Notes: generated from the letters alone by a model not told the origin. Positions 1 through 14,249 are shown, numbered from the stretch's first letter. The stretch: DNA of 64,000 nt from Eledone cirrhosa (GCA_964016885.1 OZ024744.1:42160001-42224000); one strand, 5' to 3'. A program made the numbers and translations.

Positions 1-1263
1 CAATATACTACACCCTGTTACCTAATGTGATACACCTTGGTACACAATATAATACACCATGTTACCTAATGTGATACACCATAGTACCCAATATAGTACA
101 CCCTGTTACCTAATGTGATACACCATGATACCTAATATAGTACACAATGGTACACCCTGTTACCTAATGTGATACAACATGGTACCCAATATAGTACACC
201 GTGTTACCTAATATGATACAACATGTTACCCAATATAGTACCCCTGTTACCTAATGTGATACACCATGATACCTAATATAGAACACCCTGTTACCTAATA
301 TGATACAACATGATACCCAATATAGTACACCCTGTTACCTAATGTGATACAACATGATACCTAATATAGAACACCCTGTTACCTAATATGATACAACGTG
401 ATACCCAATATAGTACACCCTGTTACCTACTGTGATACCCCATGATAACCAATATAGTACACCCTGTTAACTAATGTGATACAACATGGTATCCAATATA
501 TTACACCCTGTTACCTAAGGTTGTACAACATCGTATCCAATATAGTACACCCTGTTACGTAATGTGATACACCATGATAACCAATATAGTACACCCTGTT
601 ACCTAATGTGATACACCTTGGTACCCAATATAATACACCCTGTTACCTAATGTGATACAAATTGTTACCTAATATAGTAACCCTGTTACCTAATGTGATA
701 CACAATGATACCTAATATAGTACACCATGATACCTAAAATAGTACACCCTGTTAGCTAATGTGATACACCATGGTATCTAATATAGTACAACCTATGACC
801 TAATGTGATACACCATGGTACCTAATATAATACTCCCTGTTACCTAATGTGATACACCTTGGTACCTAATATAGTACACCCTGTTACCTAATGTGATACA
901 CCATGGTACCTAATATAGTACACCCTGTTACCTGATGTGATACACCATGGTACCTAATATAGTACACCCTGTTACCTAATGTGATACATCCTGTTACCTA
1001 AAATGGTGCAACCTGTGACCTAATGTGATACACCATGGTATCCATTATAGTACACCGTGTTACTTAATATGGTACACCATGATACCTAATATGGTACACC
1101 TTGATACCTAATATGGTACACCATGATACCTAATATGGTACATCATGATACCTAATATGGTACACCATGATACCTAATATGGTACATCATGATACCTAAT
1201 ATGGTACACCATGATACCCAATATGGTACATCATGATACCTAATGATACCTAATATGGTACAC
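1..1263. repeat. Tandem satellite: 44-bp unit of two related 22-mers, becoming a simple 22-bp array from ~1070
   Basis: Alternating TACCTAATGTGATACACCATGG / TACCTAATATAGTACACCCTGT; after ~1070 only TACCTAATATGGTACACCATGA; runs off the left edge. Confidence 0.95.
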
Positions 1264-1374
1264 ATTAAAACCGTTAGTGGTGCACCTCAATATCAAGTGC
1301 ACTGGTGTCTTTTAATACGCATTGCTTTGCATCCATCAAAGCTGATAATATAGAGATTCACTTGTATATGTTCA

Positions 1375-1750
1375 AGATGTTATTGTTACTGCTGCAGCCT
1401 TAGTTTCTGCTGTTGTTATTGTTGCTGTTGTCGTTTCTGCTGTTGTTGTTGCGGCTGTTATTGTTGTTCCTGCTGTTGTTGATGTTGTTGTTGCTGTTAT
1501 TGTTGATGTTTTTGTGTCGCTGTTGTTGTTGTTGATGTTGTTGTTGCTGCTGTTTTTGTTGTAGCCACAAACAAATAAACAAACTAAACAAGAAATAAAT
1601 AAAGAAACAAACAAACTAACAAAGCCAGAAAGAAAAAAAAGAAAAAAGAAAGAAAGAAAAGATAGAAAGAAAAGTTAGAAAGAAAAATAGAAAACAAAGC
1701 CAGAAAGAAAGAAAATAAGAAAGAAAGTAAGAAAGAAAGTAAGAAAGACA
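1375..1750. repeat. Compound microsatellite (TGT/GCT)n, (AAAC)n, (AAAG)n
   Basis: Directly visible; explains the low-complexity ORFs at 1372-1834. Confidence 0.95.
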
Positions 1751-1905
1751 ATAATAAGAATTACATATAATATCATCCGGCAGTCGAATCTGCTTTTCTA
1801 GTCTCAATAATCTTCTTTGCTGACAACAATCCATCGTTTGCTTTCAGTTTTGTTGCTAGATTCATTTCATTGTTACACAAATGTGGCATGCATGCAAACA
1901 TGCAT

Positions 1906-1945
<40 letters not shown>

Positions 1946-2018
1946 TCACATATACACACATTCACACTCATGCACATGTTTATGGAACGGCACACATGCA
2001 AAAACACAGACTCAGACA

Positions 2019-2060
<42 letters not shown>

Positions 2061-2698
2061 CTTTGATTTTACTAAGATCCACTTGTATTATTATCTCCTA
2101 GATTTAATGATTAACTAATTAATTCAACTAGACAATTCCATTGCTTGGTTAATTATTTATGTTTGTTTAATAACGTCTAGTCGAGAGCTTTTCATTCGGA
2201 ATGTGGAACGGAATTGATTCACACTTTGAATTTGCCTGCCAAAAGCCGGGGGTTACTTCCCTTGTTGGAAATAACATGTGACAGTGAAACACTGAGGGCT
2301 GCCAACGGTAGCAGTTCTGTGTTGCATTCCACACTGGCTTGAGGCATAGAATGAAATTCCTGTTGATGACGTGAATCCACTGTTCGATCATGGCTTACAA
2401 TTACCATAAGCTTACATATTACGTAAGCTGGATGGATGATTTCAGATTCATAGAAACCTATCAGACGCATTGCAAAATATTGTTTGATATGTCCAGGTCA
2501 GTTGTCTAACCTGATTAGTTTTTTCATTGTTGTGGTATTGTGTGGCTAGGTCTGCCTGCCGCAATTTTCAATTTGTCAAGCTGTCTAAACGTATGTTATT
2601 ACTCTAAGGCCAGACCTTATGGAGTTCTTTGCTGCTCATTCCTAATTGTAGATCGTTAGCTTGGTCACAGCCAAAGCTTCGATTTTACTAAGCTTTCA

Positions 2699-2784
<86 letters not shown>

Positions 2785-2949
2785 AATAAAATAAAATAAA
2801 TTAAAAAAATTATCACTCTACATGGCTGAATACAATAAATGTAATCTGAGTTTTTGGAATATTAATACTAATATTCGAAACAAGCCTCATTTTAAAAGCT
2901 GTCAGTATAATGAGCCCATCATTCTTGCTCTTGTGCTGGCATGTAAATG

Positions 2950-2999
2950 GAACTGCAGACACTAATGTTTCTGGGTATTACTCTTCATCAGTACAGTTC
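2950..2999 (-). ncRNA. Type I minimal hammerhead ribozyme (family A)
   Basis: Minus strand: GAACUGUA-CUGAUGA-AGAGUAAUACCCA-GAAA-CAUUAGUG-UC-UGCAGUUC; 8-bp stem I, intact core, self-complementary stem III; stem II has a mismatch. Confidence 0.75.
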
Positions 3000-3353
3000 A
3001 TTCTACTGACATGGCTTTAAAAATGAGGCATGTTTGCATAATTGCAAACGAATCGAATATTATTATTAATATTCAAAAAACTCAGATTATATTTATTGTA
3101 TTCAGCCATGTAGAGCGAAATTATTATTATTACTATTTTTTTATATGGCAAAGCTGGCCATTAATTGCTCGTATACAGGAAACTAACTGACCAGTCTGCT
3201 GATATGCAAATCTGGCTGATCGGTGAATCTGCTAATATGCAGATTTGACTGATCAGCCAGTCTGCTAATATGCAAATCAAGTCGATCAGTCTCTGTATAT
3301 TTTAGAAAATATCATATATTTTCTCTAGCTCTGACAGTTGGCAGGTGAACAGT

Positions 3354-3403
3354 GAACTGTACTGATGAAGGGTAATACCCAGAAACATTAGTGTCTCCAG
3401 TTC
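3354..3403 (+). ncRNA. Type I minimal hammerhead ribozyme (family A)
   Basis: GAACUGUA-CUGAUGA-A-GGGU-AAU-ACCC-A-GAAA-CAUUAGUG-UC-UCCAGUUC; GUC cleavage triplet. Confidence 0.8.
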
Positions 3404-4084
3404 TTTTTACATGCCAACACAAGAGCTAGAATGAGAGGCTCATTCTACTGACATCGCTTTAAAAAAGAGGCTTGTTTGCATAATTGCAAACGAATCGAAT
3501 ATTATTATTAATATTCGAAAAACTCAGATTACATTCATATATATATAAATAAATCAAAATAAAATGGATGCATTAAAAACCTGTTTAGACCATTACTCAC
3601 CAGACTACTAGATACTTGGGTAGTAGAGTAGGGTAATATGAAAGAGCTGAGACCCTATTTAACATCTATTTTCTATGTTAGCATGAGTTAGACAAGCTGT
3701 CCCATTATGAAACAAGCCAGTTGGATGACTGTGCCTTGCTTGCTCATACAGAAATGAGTTTGCCTTCTACAGCTGGATGCCCTTCCTAACGTTAACCACA
3801 TTTAGGGTGTGTACTGAGTGCTTTTATTTGTGACACTTACATGACTACTTTACAGTGTGGACTGGCTGCTCCTTATCATGGTACCAAAATGACCACTTTT
3901 TAATGTAGACAGAGGACTTTGATGGGAGAGGTGCATGAGGATTAAAGAGGTAGATCTAGGAGCATGGATGAGAGGTGAGGTGTTACAACATGGGTGGAGT
4001 GTTATGATGTAGGTGTAATGTTACAACATGGGAGGTGTATTGGAGAAGTGATGGAATGGAAGGTGATGCATACTAAATATAAGC

Positions 4085-4439
<355 letters not shown>

Positions 4440-5399
4440 CTGTTTTCTCTGCAAACAAGTGTTGAATAGGTCCTCACAGACCAACATAATAGTCAAGCAG
4501 AACTACTGACTTCTCAGATAGACCAGGGTATGGATTTCACTTATAAAATATTCCCATATTCTACCGAGTTCATTTTATAATGGCACCAGCACTAAGAAGT
4601 TTTTTTTTACACAACTAAAGAGTCCGTCTAACCCTTTATTTGACAGATTTTTTAAAGCTGAATGCCCTTTGTATCACCAACCCCTTTACAGAGTGTACTG
4701 GGTGCATTTTTCATAGCACCAACACTTGGGAGTTTGTATATCACCAATATTAGGCTGCTTGTCAAGTGATTTCAACCTTTTTTGGCATGGTTTCAACAGC
4801 AAAATTCCTTTCTAACACCAAACACATTACAGGGAGTATTTGCTGCATTTCTTAGTGCACCAACACTTGGGAGATTTTGGTCATTGACTCAACTGAAGAG
4901 TCCTGCCTATTCTATTGTGGATGGTGGAGGGAGTTAAGAAGAGTGGTAAGTAAGATGTCATGGGTGTATGACAAGTGTGGTGGAGTGGTGGAACTTATGA
5001 TAATCGTAATTGAGGGAGGGGTGACCTCCAGTACTATGGGCAGTACCATGATGGCAACAGTTACTGAGAGGTGTGTGGGGATTATGACTGATGTGTGAAG
5101 AATTTAGGAGTGTGGTTAATTCTGGTTAGACTGATGAATGTGGAGAGAGTGTGGGTGTTAGGCTTTAAGGGTGTGTAGGGGATCCTGGCTGGAGTAGAAG
5201 TGAGTGTGTAGAGTGATCATGAGAATAGCAACTAAGGAATGATAATGAGAGAGGGACACATGAATTGGTCAGATCACATTTTATGCTGGTAGGTGGGTTT
5301 TCACTAGTACAGCATGTCACCACTGTTTATGGTTTTTCTCATCTCTGGTGTAAGCTTCAGCTTCTAAAGGCTGGTCCTCTCTACTTCATCCTATGCCTG

Positions 5400-8300
5400 C
5401 CTGCCTGGGTCTGCCTCTTTCACAAGACCTATCCACTGGAATTTCCCAGCACTTCCTTATACAGAATAAATGGGAAAGGGGCTGAAGTAATGATCCCACC
5501 TGTGCTAGTTGCAGAAACTGCAAAAACAAAAGTTTCCTACCAATGTGTGTTGGCGTGAAAGCAGTGCTCAGAAACAGAATCAAATGCTTGGTTGGAAAAG
5601 ACCCTCAAAGGAAAGAAGTATGGTCTGATGTTGGCCATGTGGTTAGAACAAGGAAGTTTGCCAGTATATGGATCATCTTTAAAAGTGAGATCTCGCATGA
5701 CAACACATCAGAGTTCCTTGTCATATCGAAGAGTTTTTATTTTTCTCCACATACCTCTTAAGGACAACAATCAGGCAAAGGATACCATGTCAGGTGTCTT
5801 GCCATGTTTTGACATTTGGCCTGCATTGTTCTTGAGGAGACCAAGATGCTTCTGGATGAGAAGAGGAATAGGTGGGAGAACTAGTCTGAAATCAGTTTGG
5901 AATTCCTTAGAATGGCAGAAAACCCAAATGCCATTTATATGGAGCCACAAACCACATAAAATCCTTTTACCCCAAACAAAAATTGTGTGGGGAGAAGAAG
6001 CCATCTCTACTTCTGACAATGCAGCCCCAACATCAACAACAACAATAACAGAGTAAACAATTGCAACAACAACAACTGGAGCAACAGCACCAACACCAAC
6101 AACTGCACTGACAAATACAGCAGCAACACTAAAATCAACAATGTCAAGACCACTGGCAGCAGCAGCAATAGCTATGAGAAAACAACAAATGAAGAAAATC
6201 AAACATCAATATCACTACCCAGGGGGATCTTCCAACACAGCTCACCCCTTCTTCTCCCTCCATCCAATTTCTATTTTTCTGACACAGAAACCTCCCCATC
6301 TGATGGTAAGGGGGAGGAGAAACTACAAGAACCAAAAAGTAACCAAGCAAAACATAAAAGACACAAAATAAATTCCCCAAAACATCACCTTTCAACCCAA
6401 CATGTATTCTAGAAAACATCGCAAAATTCACACCAATACAAAACACAAACACATCTGTAAAAACACCAACTCACTCACAATCACCACCACTGCTACCACT
6501 ACCAACATGACAAATATAAGAGTAGGTTGCATTAGTGCACATTGTCTGGGGTCACCCTGCAATCAAAGACACTTTCTCATTGACCTCAGGTGACAGGCTA
6601 AAGAGGTGGAAGCCATTTGTTGGACCAGGATTTCTGATACATGTACACTATCATCCGTTTTTGATGAATCTGAGATCTATCCACCTCTTAGTAAGCCCAG
6701 AGTGAGAGGCAGAATGGTAGTGCTATTTCAGGGAGGCCTGTGCATAGAGGTATGAGCGATCTTCCTGGACCTAGATGGTAAGTTGGGGGTTCTGAACATG
6801 AAGAGTAGTGAGAGTGGATACTCCAGCTCGAAAAGGATGGTTGGATTTTTTTAGTAATCGAGAAGCTTTCCTGATATTGTCTCACTGTTGAGGGGTTTGA
6901 ATTGAATTTTAGAAACATGTTACAATTGTGTGGGATTGACCTATGAGAGAAGAGGGTGTAACAACCTCACAAACCCTGATACACACAACAGCAGGAGACT
7001 GTGCAGAACTCCTGGAAAGATTTCTGCAGGGTGTTGGAGTCTTTAGAAAGAAGCCTAAAAGAAAAATGCTCCAAGGGCCTTTTGGACACACACAGGAATA
7101 ATAGCCCTAAGGCTTTGGATTACCAAAAGGATTACTGCATAATCAAGGTAAGTAAAGACCCCCCCCCCCCATTTCCTTCAGTTTCTTCTCCTTTTCCTTG
7201 AATGGCCATACTCAGAATGGATTTCATAAGTGTATGTGTTCTGGGGTCATAATGGAGACAATGACATCAGGGTACTAAGTTTGGATGTGGTATCTATTAG
7301 TGAGACAAGAATTTCTAAGATACACTTGCTGGCTCTGCTCCTGGATGACTACAATGACTATGTCTCTTGTAGTCAGCAGTGCTCTTTTGGAAAAGCCTAG
7401 ATCTAGAAGTTAGAACAGTTTTCCTAGAAGGTAGATTGGTGGTCCTGGATGCAAGCAACAGTTCAGGAGATGGAGGTTCTTTCAGACGTGTGGTAGTTTA
7501 TGCCCCAGACTTCTTTAGACCTATGGATTTCCTAAGAACATCTCGCTCATTAGTATTAGTATGGTACAGGAACTGACAGAGGTGATTATAAGCAACAGGT
7601 GGTAGGTTTTGTTAAAGAGAAAAGTTAGAATAGTGTCAGTGAAGTTCAGCAAAGAGTTAACAACAGAAAACCTTAAAGGAGTGAAAGAGCTAGTTGGTTG
7701 TTTATAAGAAACACATAAAAGAGGTATCACAACTGATGTACTAGGATCAAGAATGGCTCTCGGCCATTTCTTCGATGCAAAACATGAAGGATGTATTGTC
7801 CAAGCTAAGGCACATGCATCAAAAGTTGAAGCTTCAAGAGCAGGTCAATGGGCCTGGGTGGTGGAAACATAACATGGCAACAAATCCACAATTTGATCTC
7901 TGATGTACAGCAGAGAAATCTGACCCTAATTTTCCAGCAGCATTTTACTGAATGATCTGAAAATGTGAGACTTCAGTTTCTATTTCAATGACTTGCAATG
8001 ACTCTTAACCAATCTCAGCAGATAAAGTGGCAAACATGTTGAACTAGTTTGTAAAATACAAAGCATCAGAAGGGATGATCTACTCTATTGGTTCTACTCC
8101 CACATGCCTGACTTGTTCGCTATGGTCTTGACAGCTATCTACTGTAGCTGGCAGGACATCGGGAGTATCCCTTGTTATGTAAGCCAGGGAGTAGTGACAC
8201 TGTTAAGAAATGACCAGAATGAGGGGGGCTTGATAGAAAACACAGAGCTGAAAATATTGGAAAAAGTATTGGCTAAGAGATTGGAACTTGTCATTGGTGG

Positions 8301-9215
8301 TATAGTCGGAGTTGCTCAGAGCTGTCCAATTCTTGGTAGATTTATCCATGATAACCTCCATGTCATGAGATACATCATTGGGTGGCTGGGAAGTAGCCTT
8401 GACTTTGGTGGGGTACTGGTCAATTTAGATCAGTCAAAAGCTTTTGAGAGAGTAGACCATCACTACCTAGAGGCTGTCCTAAGTGCAGCTGATGTTGACC
8501 TTTTGACAAAATGTGGAAGAGCATGTGTTTTCAGAAGTTGGATCACCATGTTCTACAGTGGTGTCTGTTCTGTGGTCAAATTGAATGGCCACTTATCAGA
8601 ACCTTTGCATATCGCACGCCTGGTTCATCTGGGATGTCCCCCCTACACCCTCTCCTCTGTTGGATTGCATTTGCAGATGATATCACTGTCATGGTGTCAG
8701 ATAAATCAATATAGAAGTAGTTGGTACCATACTGGAAGAATACCAGCAGGTTACAAGAGCCTACATTAACCAGAACAAATCAGTGGGATTGATACTCAGC
8801 ATGTGGAGAGGTAGTACCAAGCTGAGCAGAGGGAATATCTGTTGCAGGACCAATGGCTTGGTTAAAGGGCTTGGATCTGGTTTGGATTGGACCTTCATGT
8901 AGACAAGAACTGAGAAGAGGTCTTGACAAAGGTAACCAATCTCACCCAGAGATGAGCAGAGAGAAAACTGTCTCTCAAAGGTTGAGCAGAGGTGGCAAAC
9001 ACCTACATTACTTCAGTGGTATACTACCATCTGTCCATTGTACCATGCCTTCCAAAACACCTGACCAGGTTAGAACACATGCTCTTCCACTTTTTATTAA
9101 ATGGACAAATCTCACTGGTCTGAAAATATATCTGTAACCAACATACATTGCATGGCGGCATGGTACTATTGATGTGCAGACATGTGCTACAGCTAATGCA
9201 TCTGTATAACTACCG
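5400..9215 (+). mobile_element. Highly decayed Tx1-like LINE(s): ORF1 remnants, two APE starts (~6505, ~7202), RT remnants
   Basis: MTNIRVGCISAHCLGSP and ATGGCCATACTCAGA match the ORF2 start at 30532; RT motifs ELKILEKVLAKRL and NLDQSKAFERVDHHYL (8104-8769); many stops and frameshifts. Confidence 0.75.
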
Positions 9216-9329
9216 TTGAATTCTGCTTCTTTCCCATGTCATGCCAAGTATCAACCTAACACATGAGGCAATACTTGGTAATATACACATTGTACAATCG
9301 TCATACAAATGATGTCACAAGAGCACAAA

Positions 9330-9880
9330 CAACAGTAAATATCTTTGCCTGTCAGCACTCTTTTCTGTATCTCTTGCAGAGATGACTTTCTACGTATCCA
9401 GTCCAGATATTTTTCAATTCCTTATTTTATCATTCCAAGTGCACAGACCATCACTAGTATTTAAGATGCCACATTTTCTTAATCTCAATTGTTAGATCTT
9501 TATATTTACTGAGCTATCGGGTGAGTGAGTAGAGTTATTTTTGGATCTTGAGATCAAGACCTCAAACAAAGTCCAACACAACAGCCCTGATATTGCTTTA
9601 AAAACAAACAAATCCCCCAAATGGATTCTAATTGATATTGCAATCCCTCAAGACCACAATGTGGTTGAAAAGGAAATGGAAAAGATTAATAAGTATGTCG
9701 ACGTCGCAGACACTATCAGAACCAAGATCCATGTAGAGACAGAGGGTGTGCAAATTGTCTGTGGGGCATGGTCCCTAAATGTCTTATAACTTTCATCAAA
9801 AGCCTTGTCCAGAGACAGTGTCCAAATTTCTACCATCACTAGCACTACCAGAATTTTATACAATATATTGAGCTTTTGAG
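9330..9880. mobile_element. Two R4/Dong-like restriction-like endonuclease fragments (9330-9515 minus, 9535-9880 plus)
   Basis: Plus: HNSPDIALK...LIDIAIPQDHNVVEKEMEKINKY. Minus: SKYKDLTIEIKKMWHLK...ALGMI. Confidence 0.75.
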
Positions 9881-10489
9881 ATCAATTCACATGCGTCACC
9901 AAGCAACCGATTCCTAGAGAAACTTTACAAAAAAAGAAAAACTATTATTATTACCATCATTATCTTTAAGAATCATCACATTAAAATGGTAAGATAGATA
10001 TATGTGGTCTTTTATCTCTAATGAGCATTGATGAAACCAGTTCTTTGATCTTCCATTTTCAACCAAATCTAGCGTTTGTCAGAGAAACTTCATTAGGCAA
10101 GAATCTACTGAGTGGTTTAATTACCAGAACCAGACTGCAGCAAATAAATAAATGAATCAATAAATATAAAAAAAAAAAAATATTTAAAATTAAATAAAAT
10201 TAATAAAACAAAGAACAACTAAAACAAAAACTATTTAATGAAAAGATTATTGTTTCTTTGCTAGTTCCATGCAAGTTTCTGCTGCATCACATTCTTTATT
10301 CTATTTTTTTTTTAGTTGGGGGAGTATAGACTCCTTCTGTTAGTGTATCGTTATGTCTTGTGTGTGTGAGTTGTGTTATTTTATTAGGTATTAATCTTGT
10401 GGAATATATGTTGTGTAGGTTGTGTTGTCTTATTTCATTAAGTCCTTATTGTATAGTGTGTGTAGATGGTTCTATTTGATCTGTGTTAT

Positions 10490-11695
10490 TGAATTGATAT
10501 TGTTTTGCATGGGCTTTTCCTAGCAGAGCTATTTTGTGTATAGGTTGTAGTGTTGTGAACTCTTCCATGTTTTTGTTCATATTTCTGTTTATCATACCCA
10601 GTTCTCAACTTATTACTTGGAGTTTTTCACCTTCATGCCCCACCTCTTGTATCTTTCAATTTCAAGATCCTTGTATTTTGATAGTTTTTCCTCTTCTTCG
10701 TGGGTAATATTTTGGTCAGAAGGAATTATGATCTGGCCAGTTTACCCTGATTTTTTTTTTGTCAGTTTGGATGGACATGTCTCAGATGGTTATGACCAGG
10801 CTGTTGTCATGTAGTTTTAGGTATATGTTAATACTGCTTTTGTCTGTTTTCTCATATAAGTGTTACTGTATTGCCTAGGGAATATAGTTGCCAACTTGAT
10901 CATGTCTGTGTATATATCTTCAGACTTTGAAGGGACTGAACAGCTGGAGTTAATGTAGTCAACCATCCCATTGTACTGGTTTCACATTCTGTATTTGGTG
11001 TTAAGATCCATTTTCCTTATTTTGTTCTTATTTTGTAGCCAAACATTGGTGTTGTGTTGTGAGAAACAGTTCTTTTGTTACTGTTTTTAATCCAGAGTTT
11101 CTGAGTCATTGTGGATTATCACTTCAGCTTAAATTTTCTGTTAAATCTTGGAGGCTATTGGCCTTGGAGTGTTTTTTCTATCTACTTTTTCTTTATTATG
11201 TTTTGTAATTCTCTTTAACTATTTTTTTGTGCTGTTATCTAAATTCATTGTTTCATCTGATTTTATTTCTCTTTTCTACTTTTGTGTTTCTTTGCATATG
11301 TAGATTTATTTTTTTGATTCTTTTTTTTTTTACACATTTCTTTATTACATATATATATTAATCTTCCCGTATTAGCTTCTAAATGCTTTTCTAGTTAAAT
11401 AGTTGTTATATTGTAGTAGATTTCTATTTGTTTCAGGCCACATCCTCCTTGTGTGCTGAGTAGGTATAATTTGTCAGTGTCTCCTTTTGGGGTGGTGCCT
11501 TCGGTACACTGTTAGTGGTGTCCTGGATTTCTTGTCTAAATTTTTCAGCTCTCTTAACTTCTACTTTTTATACTAAAGCTGTAATTCAACTAGTAGAGCA
11601 AGTGCATTTTTACCTGTTATCTTATTTTAAGCAGTAAGTTCTATTTTTAATATTAGTCTAACTCTTCTGTACTACACTTTTTAAATTTTCTCTTT
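10490..11695 (-). mobile_element. Decayed R4/Dong-like LINE 3' region
   Basis: Minus-strand remnants HPKGDTDKLYL..GGCGLKQIE and EEEKLSKYKDLEIE...IHKIALLGKAH. Confidence 0.7.
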
Positions 11696-11696
11696 C

Positions 11697-12375
11697 TTCT
11701 TCAGGGTGGGTGAAGATGGGTTTTTCCACTGTTTAGACTGCTCTTTTGTTTCAAATTGGTACTGATATAACCAGGTCTCATCCATGGTTACAAATCATGC
11801 CAGGAAATCTTCCAGACCAGATTTAAAAAGTTCAAAATTGTTGGAAGATATGGTGCAATGAGTGTGCTTCTGTTTCTCATTCAAAAGACGTGGAACCCAG
11901 CCTGCAGATGCATTTCTCAAACCAAGCTCGTTCATGAGAATATTATTGGCTCACTCCTGGGAGATGCCTAGTGTATTTGCTATCTGACAAGATGATAGTC
12001 ATTGATCCTCCATCACCATCCCAGGTACAAGGTCAATGTTCTCTGTGTTGATGGCTTCCCGGACTTTGGATCAGCTTCCACACCTTCCTTGTCACACTTA
12101 AATTCATTGACCCAGTGTTTGGCTATGGCATATGACAGGCCATTTTCCCTTAATGTGTCTTGCATGTCCTTATGGATCTCAGCAGATATTTCATCACTTC
12201 TTAATACTCAAGTTTTTCCATTTTTTTGAAACGCCTGTGGACATCAACTTTAAGTATCTGTGAAAAGAAATGAAACCTGGCTAATGCTGTAAGAACTTAT
12301 CACAGATTTCACAGACAGATTATGCATATCTATTTGTTTTCTGTGTGAGGTTCAAACTTTCTGTCCTCCCTTGTC
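11697..12375 (-). mobile_element. mariner transposon relic (5' half of transposase)
   Basis: Minus-strand motifs SAGWVPRLLNE and FVTMDETWLYQYQFETKEQSKQW; TIR-like end near 12350-12375; disrupted. Confidence 0.85.
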
Positions 12376-13199
12376 TATATAGTCAGAAAAACCAATTAGA
12401 ATATTTACACATTATACATTTATTTTCCCATTATGCACCATTTAAAGACAAAATTAAATATAAAATATAATGGGTAAAGTACAACCTTCAGGAGAACATG
12501 AAACTAGCACCAGTAGTATGCTGTGGTTGTTGAATCTACTATCTTCTGCTATTTATAGCATTGTATGAATGTTAGAAATCAAGATTAATAGTCTTTCAAT
12601 CATATCATTAAAGTGGGAAATTTTGGATTCACTAGAGCAACATTTTACTAGCGATGAATTCTGTTTGTTATTCTTCTAGCTTTCCAAAAGTTATTCCAAG
12701 TTAGTTCTTCAGCAACTAGTTGTTTGTTATCTTTTGTTTTCAGTTTCTTTTAAGAATGACAGAAATTTAGCGATTTCTGTACATGACCATGTCATGAAAC
12801 ATTATTGTCAGCAATGGAACATATCTTTTGACTTCACTTTTCACTTGACTCTCCAGTGTCTTGGGAGTGCTGTGAAATAAAGCTATGTATCATCTCCCTC
12901 TATCCCATCTCTGTTATGTGCCAGAGTGGGGAGGATACCAACCTTTTCTCATAGAAAAATCTGATTTGCTACAGGAACCACTGCAAAACAGATTGATGTA
13001 TTGTAGGGTATGGAAAAGAATAAATACATTATTGAATGGTGATTTACTTAACCAAACAAAGAGAAGAGGAATAACTCATAAATAGAAGGTTTTTGTCCAT
13101 TTTATACATCATCAGCAAAGCATTGTCATTACCATGCCTGCCAGAGAGAAAGTAATACATATGCAATCATATATGTTGTTGTGATGTGAAGACTTTACC

Positions 13200-13380
13200 T
13201 GTTCATTCTTTGACACTATCCATCCATTTCTTCTTCAGATTTTCTTTGTGTATTCTCTCTCCTAAACTGTTCTTTAGAAAATAGCTTTAATCAATTCATC
13301 TGATCTTTTCATGTCATCATACCATCTCATTTTTATTCTCTCTGTAGTAATTAGCTGGTCTTTGTAGTTGTCTATATATT
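13200..13380 (-). mobile_element. Ancient RTE-like 3' remnant
   Basis: Minus-strand MRWYDDMKRS...KKKWMDSVKE resembles LRWYGHV...RWMD. Confidence 0.5.
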
Positions 13381-13707
13381 GCCAATGAAATTTAAATTAA
13401 TTACTATCATTTTCTTTCATAGACATCATTATGAAAGTGAATTTAACTTTAAACATTATCTAAATCAATTAAAATAATTTATTCTACAAATAAATCATTC
13501 AGATTTTACATATATATAGATGAATCAGGTATCGTTCAGCTACATTTTATTGATTGATTATATGCAAAGATTGTCACCTTTCTGTAATTCTTAAAAGAGA
13601 CTTCAAATGAAAAATTACCATGTCTGGGTCCAGATAGCTCTAAAATGTGTGCCCCTTTTCCTAAGAATACAGCAAGGAGGTAATATGATCACCTAATTTG
13701 ACTGGAG

Positions 13708-14249
13708 CAGAAGTTCTTAAAGTGGGTGCTACCACCCACGGGGGGCATTGAAAAGGTCCAAGGGTCTAAAGGGGCACTGGGGGATTCAGGGGAGATGATA
13801 TAATAGTATATTAAATGATACATATTATATAAATATAGTAAAATAAGAAATATATAATATCTATTTATACATAGTATATATTATATTATTCATTATATAT
13901 AAATTAACGATTTTATTTATTATACCACCAGTGACACGTCGGGTCACATTCATTTCAAAGTATTTTTTTATAATCATGAAGGCTTAGTGGTTAGAGCATT
14001 GGGCTTGCAATTGAAAGGTTGTGAGTTCAATTCTCAGACCGGGTGATGTGTTTTCACATTGTTCCAGTTTACTCAGCTGTAGAAATGAGATGATAGGGAC
14101 TGGGGTTCATATCATTCCACTGCAAAGTGGTTGTGGAGGTGCCATGGCAAAAAAAGCACCCAGCCCACACTGTAAAGTGGGGTTTGGGCAATGAGGGTAT
14201 TACATGACCATGAGGGGCCGCAGTGGCCCAAACAATTTGAGAACCCCTG
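13708..14249. mobile_element. hAT (Charlie-like) MITE carrying a nested SINE
   Basis: Ends CAGAAGTTCTTAAA / TTTGAGAACCCCTG; degenerate 8-bp flanks GACTGGAG / GAGTAGAG. Confidence 0.65.
13977..14090 (+). mobile_element. tRNA-derived SINE
   Basis: A-box GGCTTAGTGG, B-box GAGTTCAATTC; similar to 18113-18235. Confidence 0.75.

Larger units (their letters stand above)
2815..3535. mobile_element. Non-coding hammerhead-bearing repeat, family A (Penelope pLTR/retrozyme-like), inverted plus partial tandem
   Basis: 2815-3000 is the reverse complement of the unit in 3001-3535; period ~440 nt (TTCTACTGACAT at 3001 and 3443); (TA)n on both sides; other copies at ~22080 and ~41710. Confidence 0.8.

Noticed and set aside
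1-1263. CRISPR-like regular repeats
   Set aside because: No unique spacers; contiguous satellite in eukaryotic DNA; no cas genes
12765-12870. Possible minus-strand exon after TTTATTTCACAG
   Set aside because: Short frames with no recognisable homology or linked upstream exon
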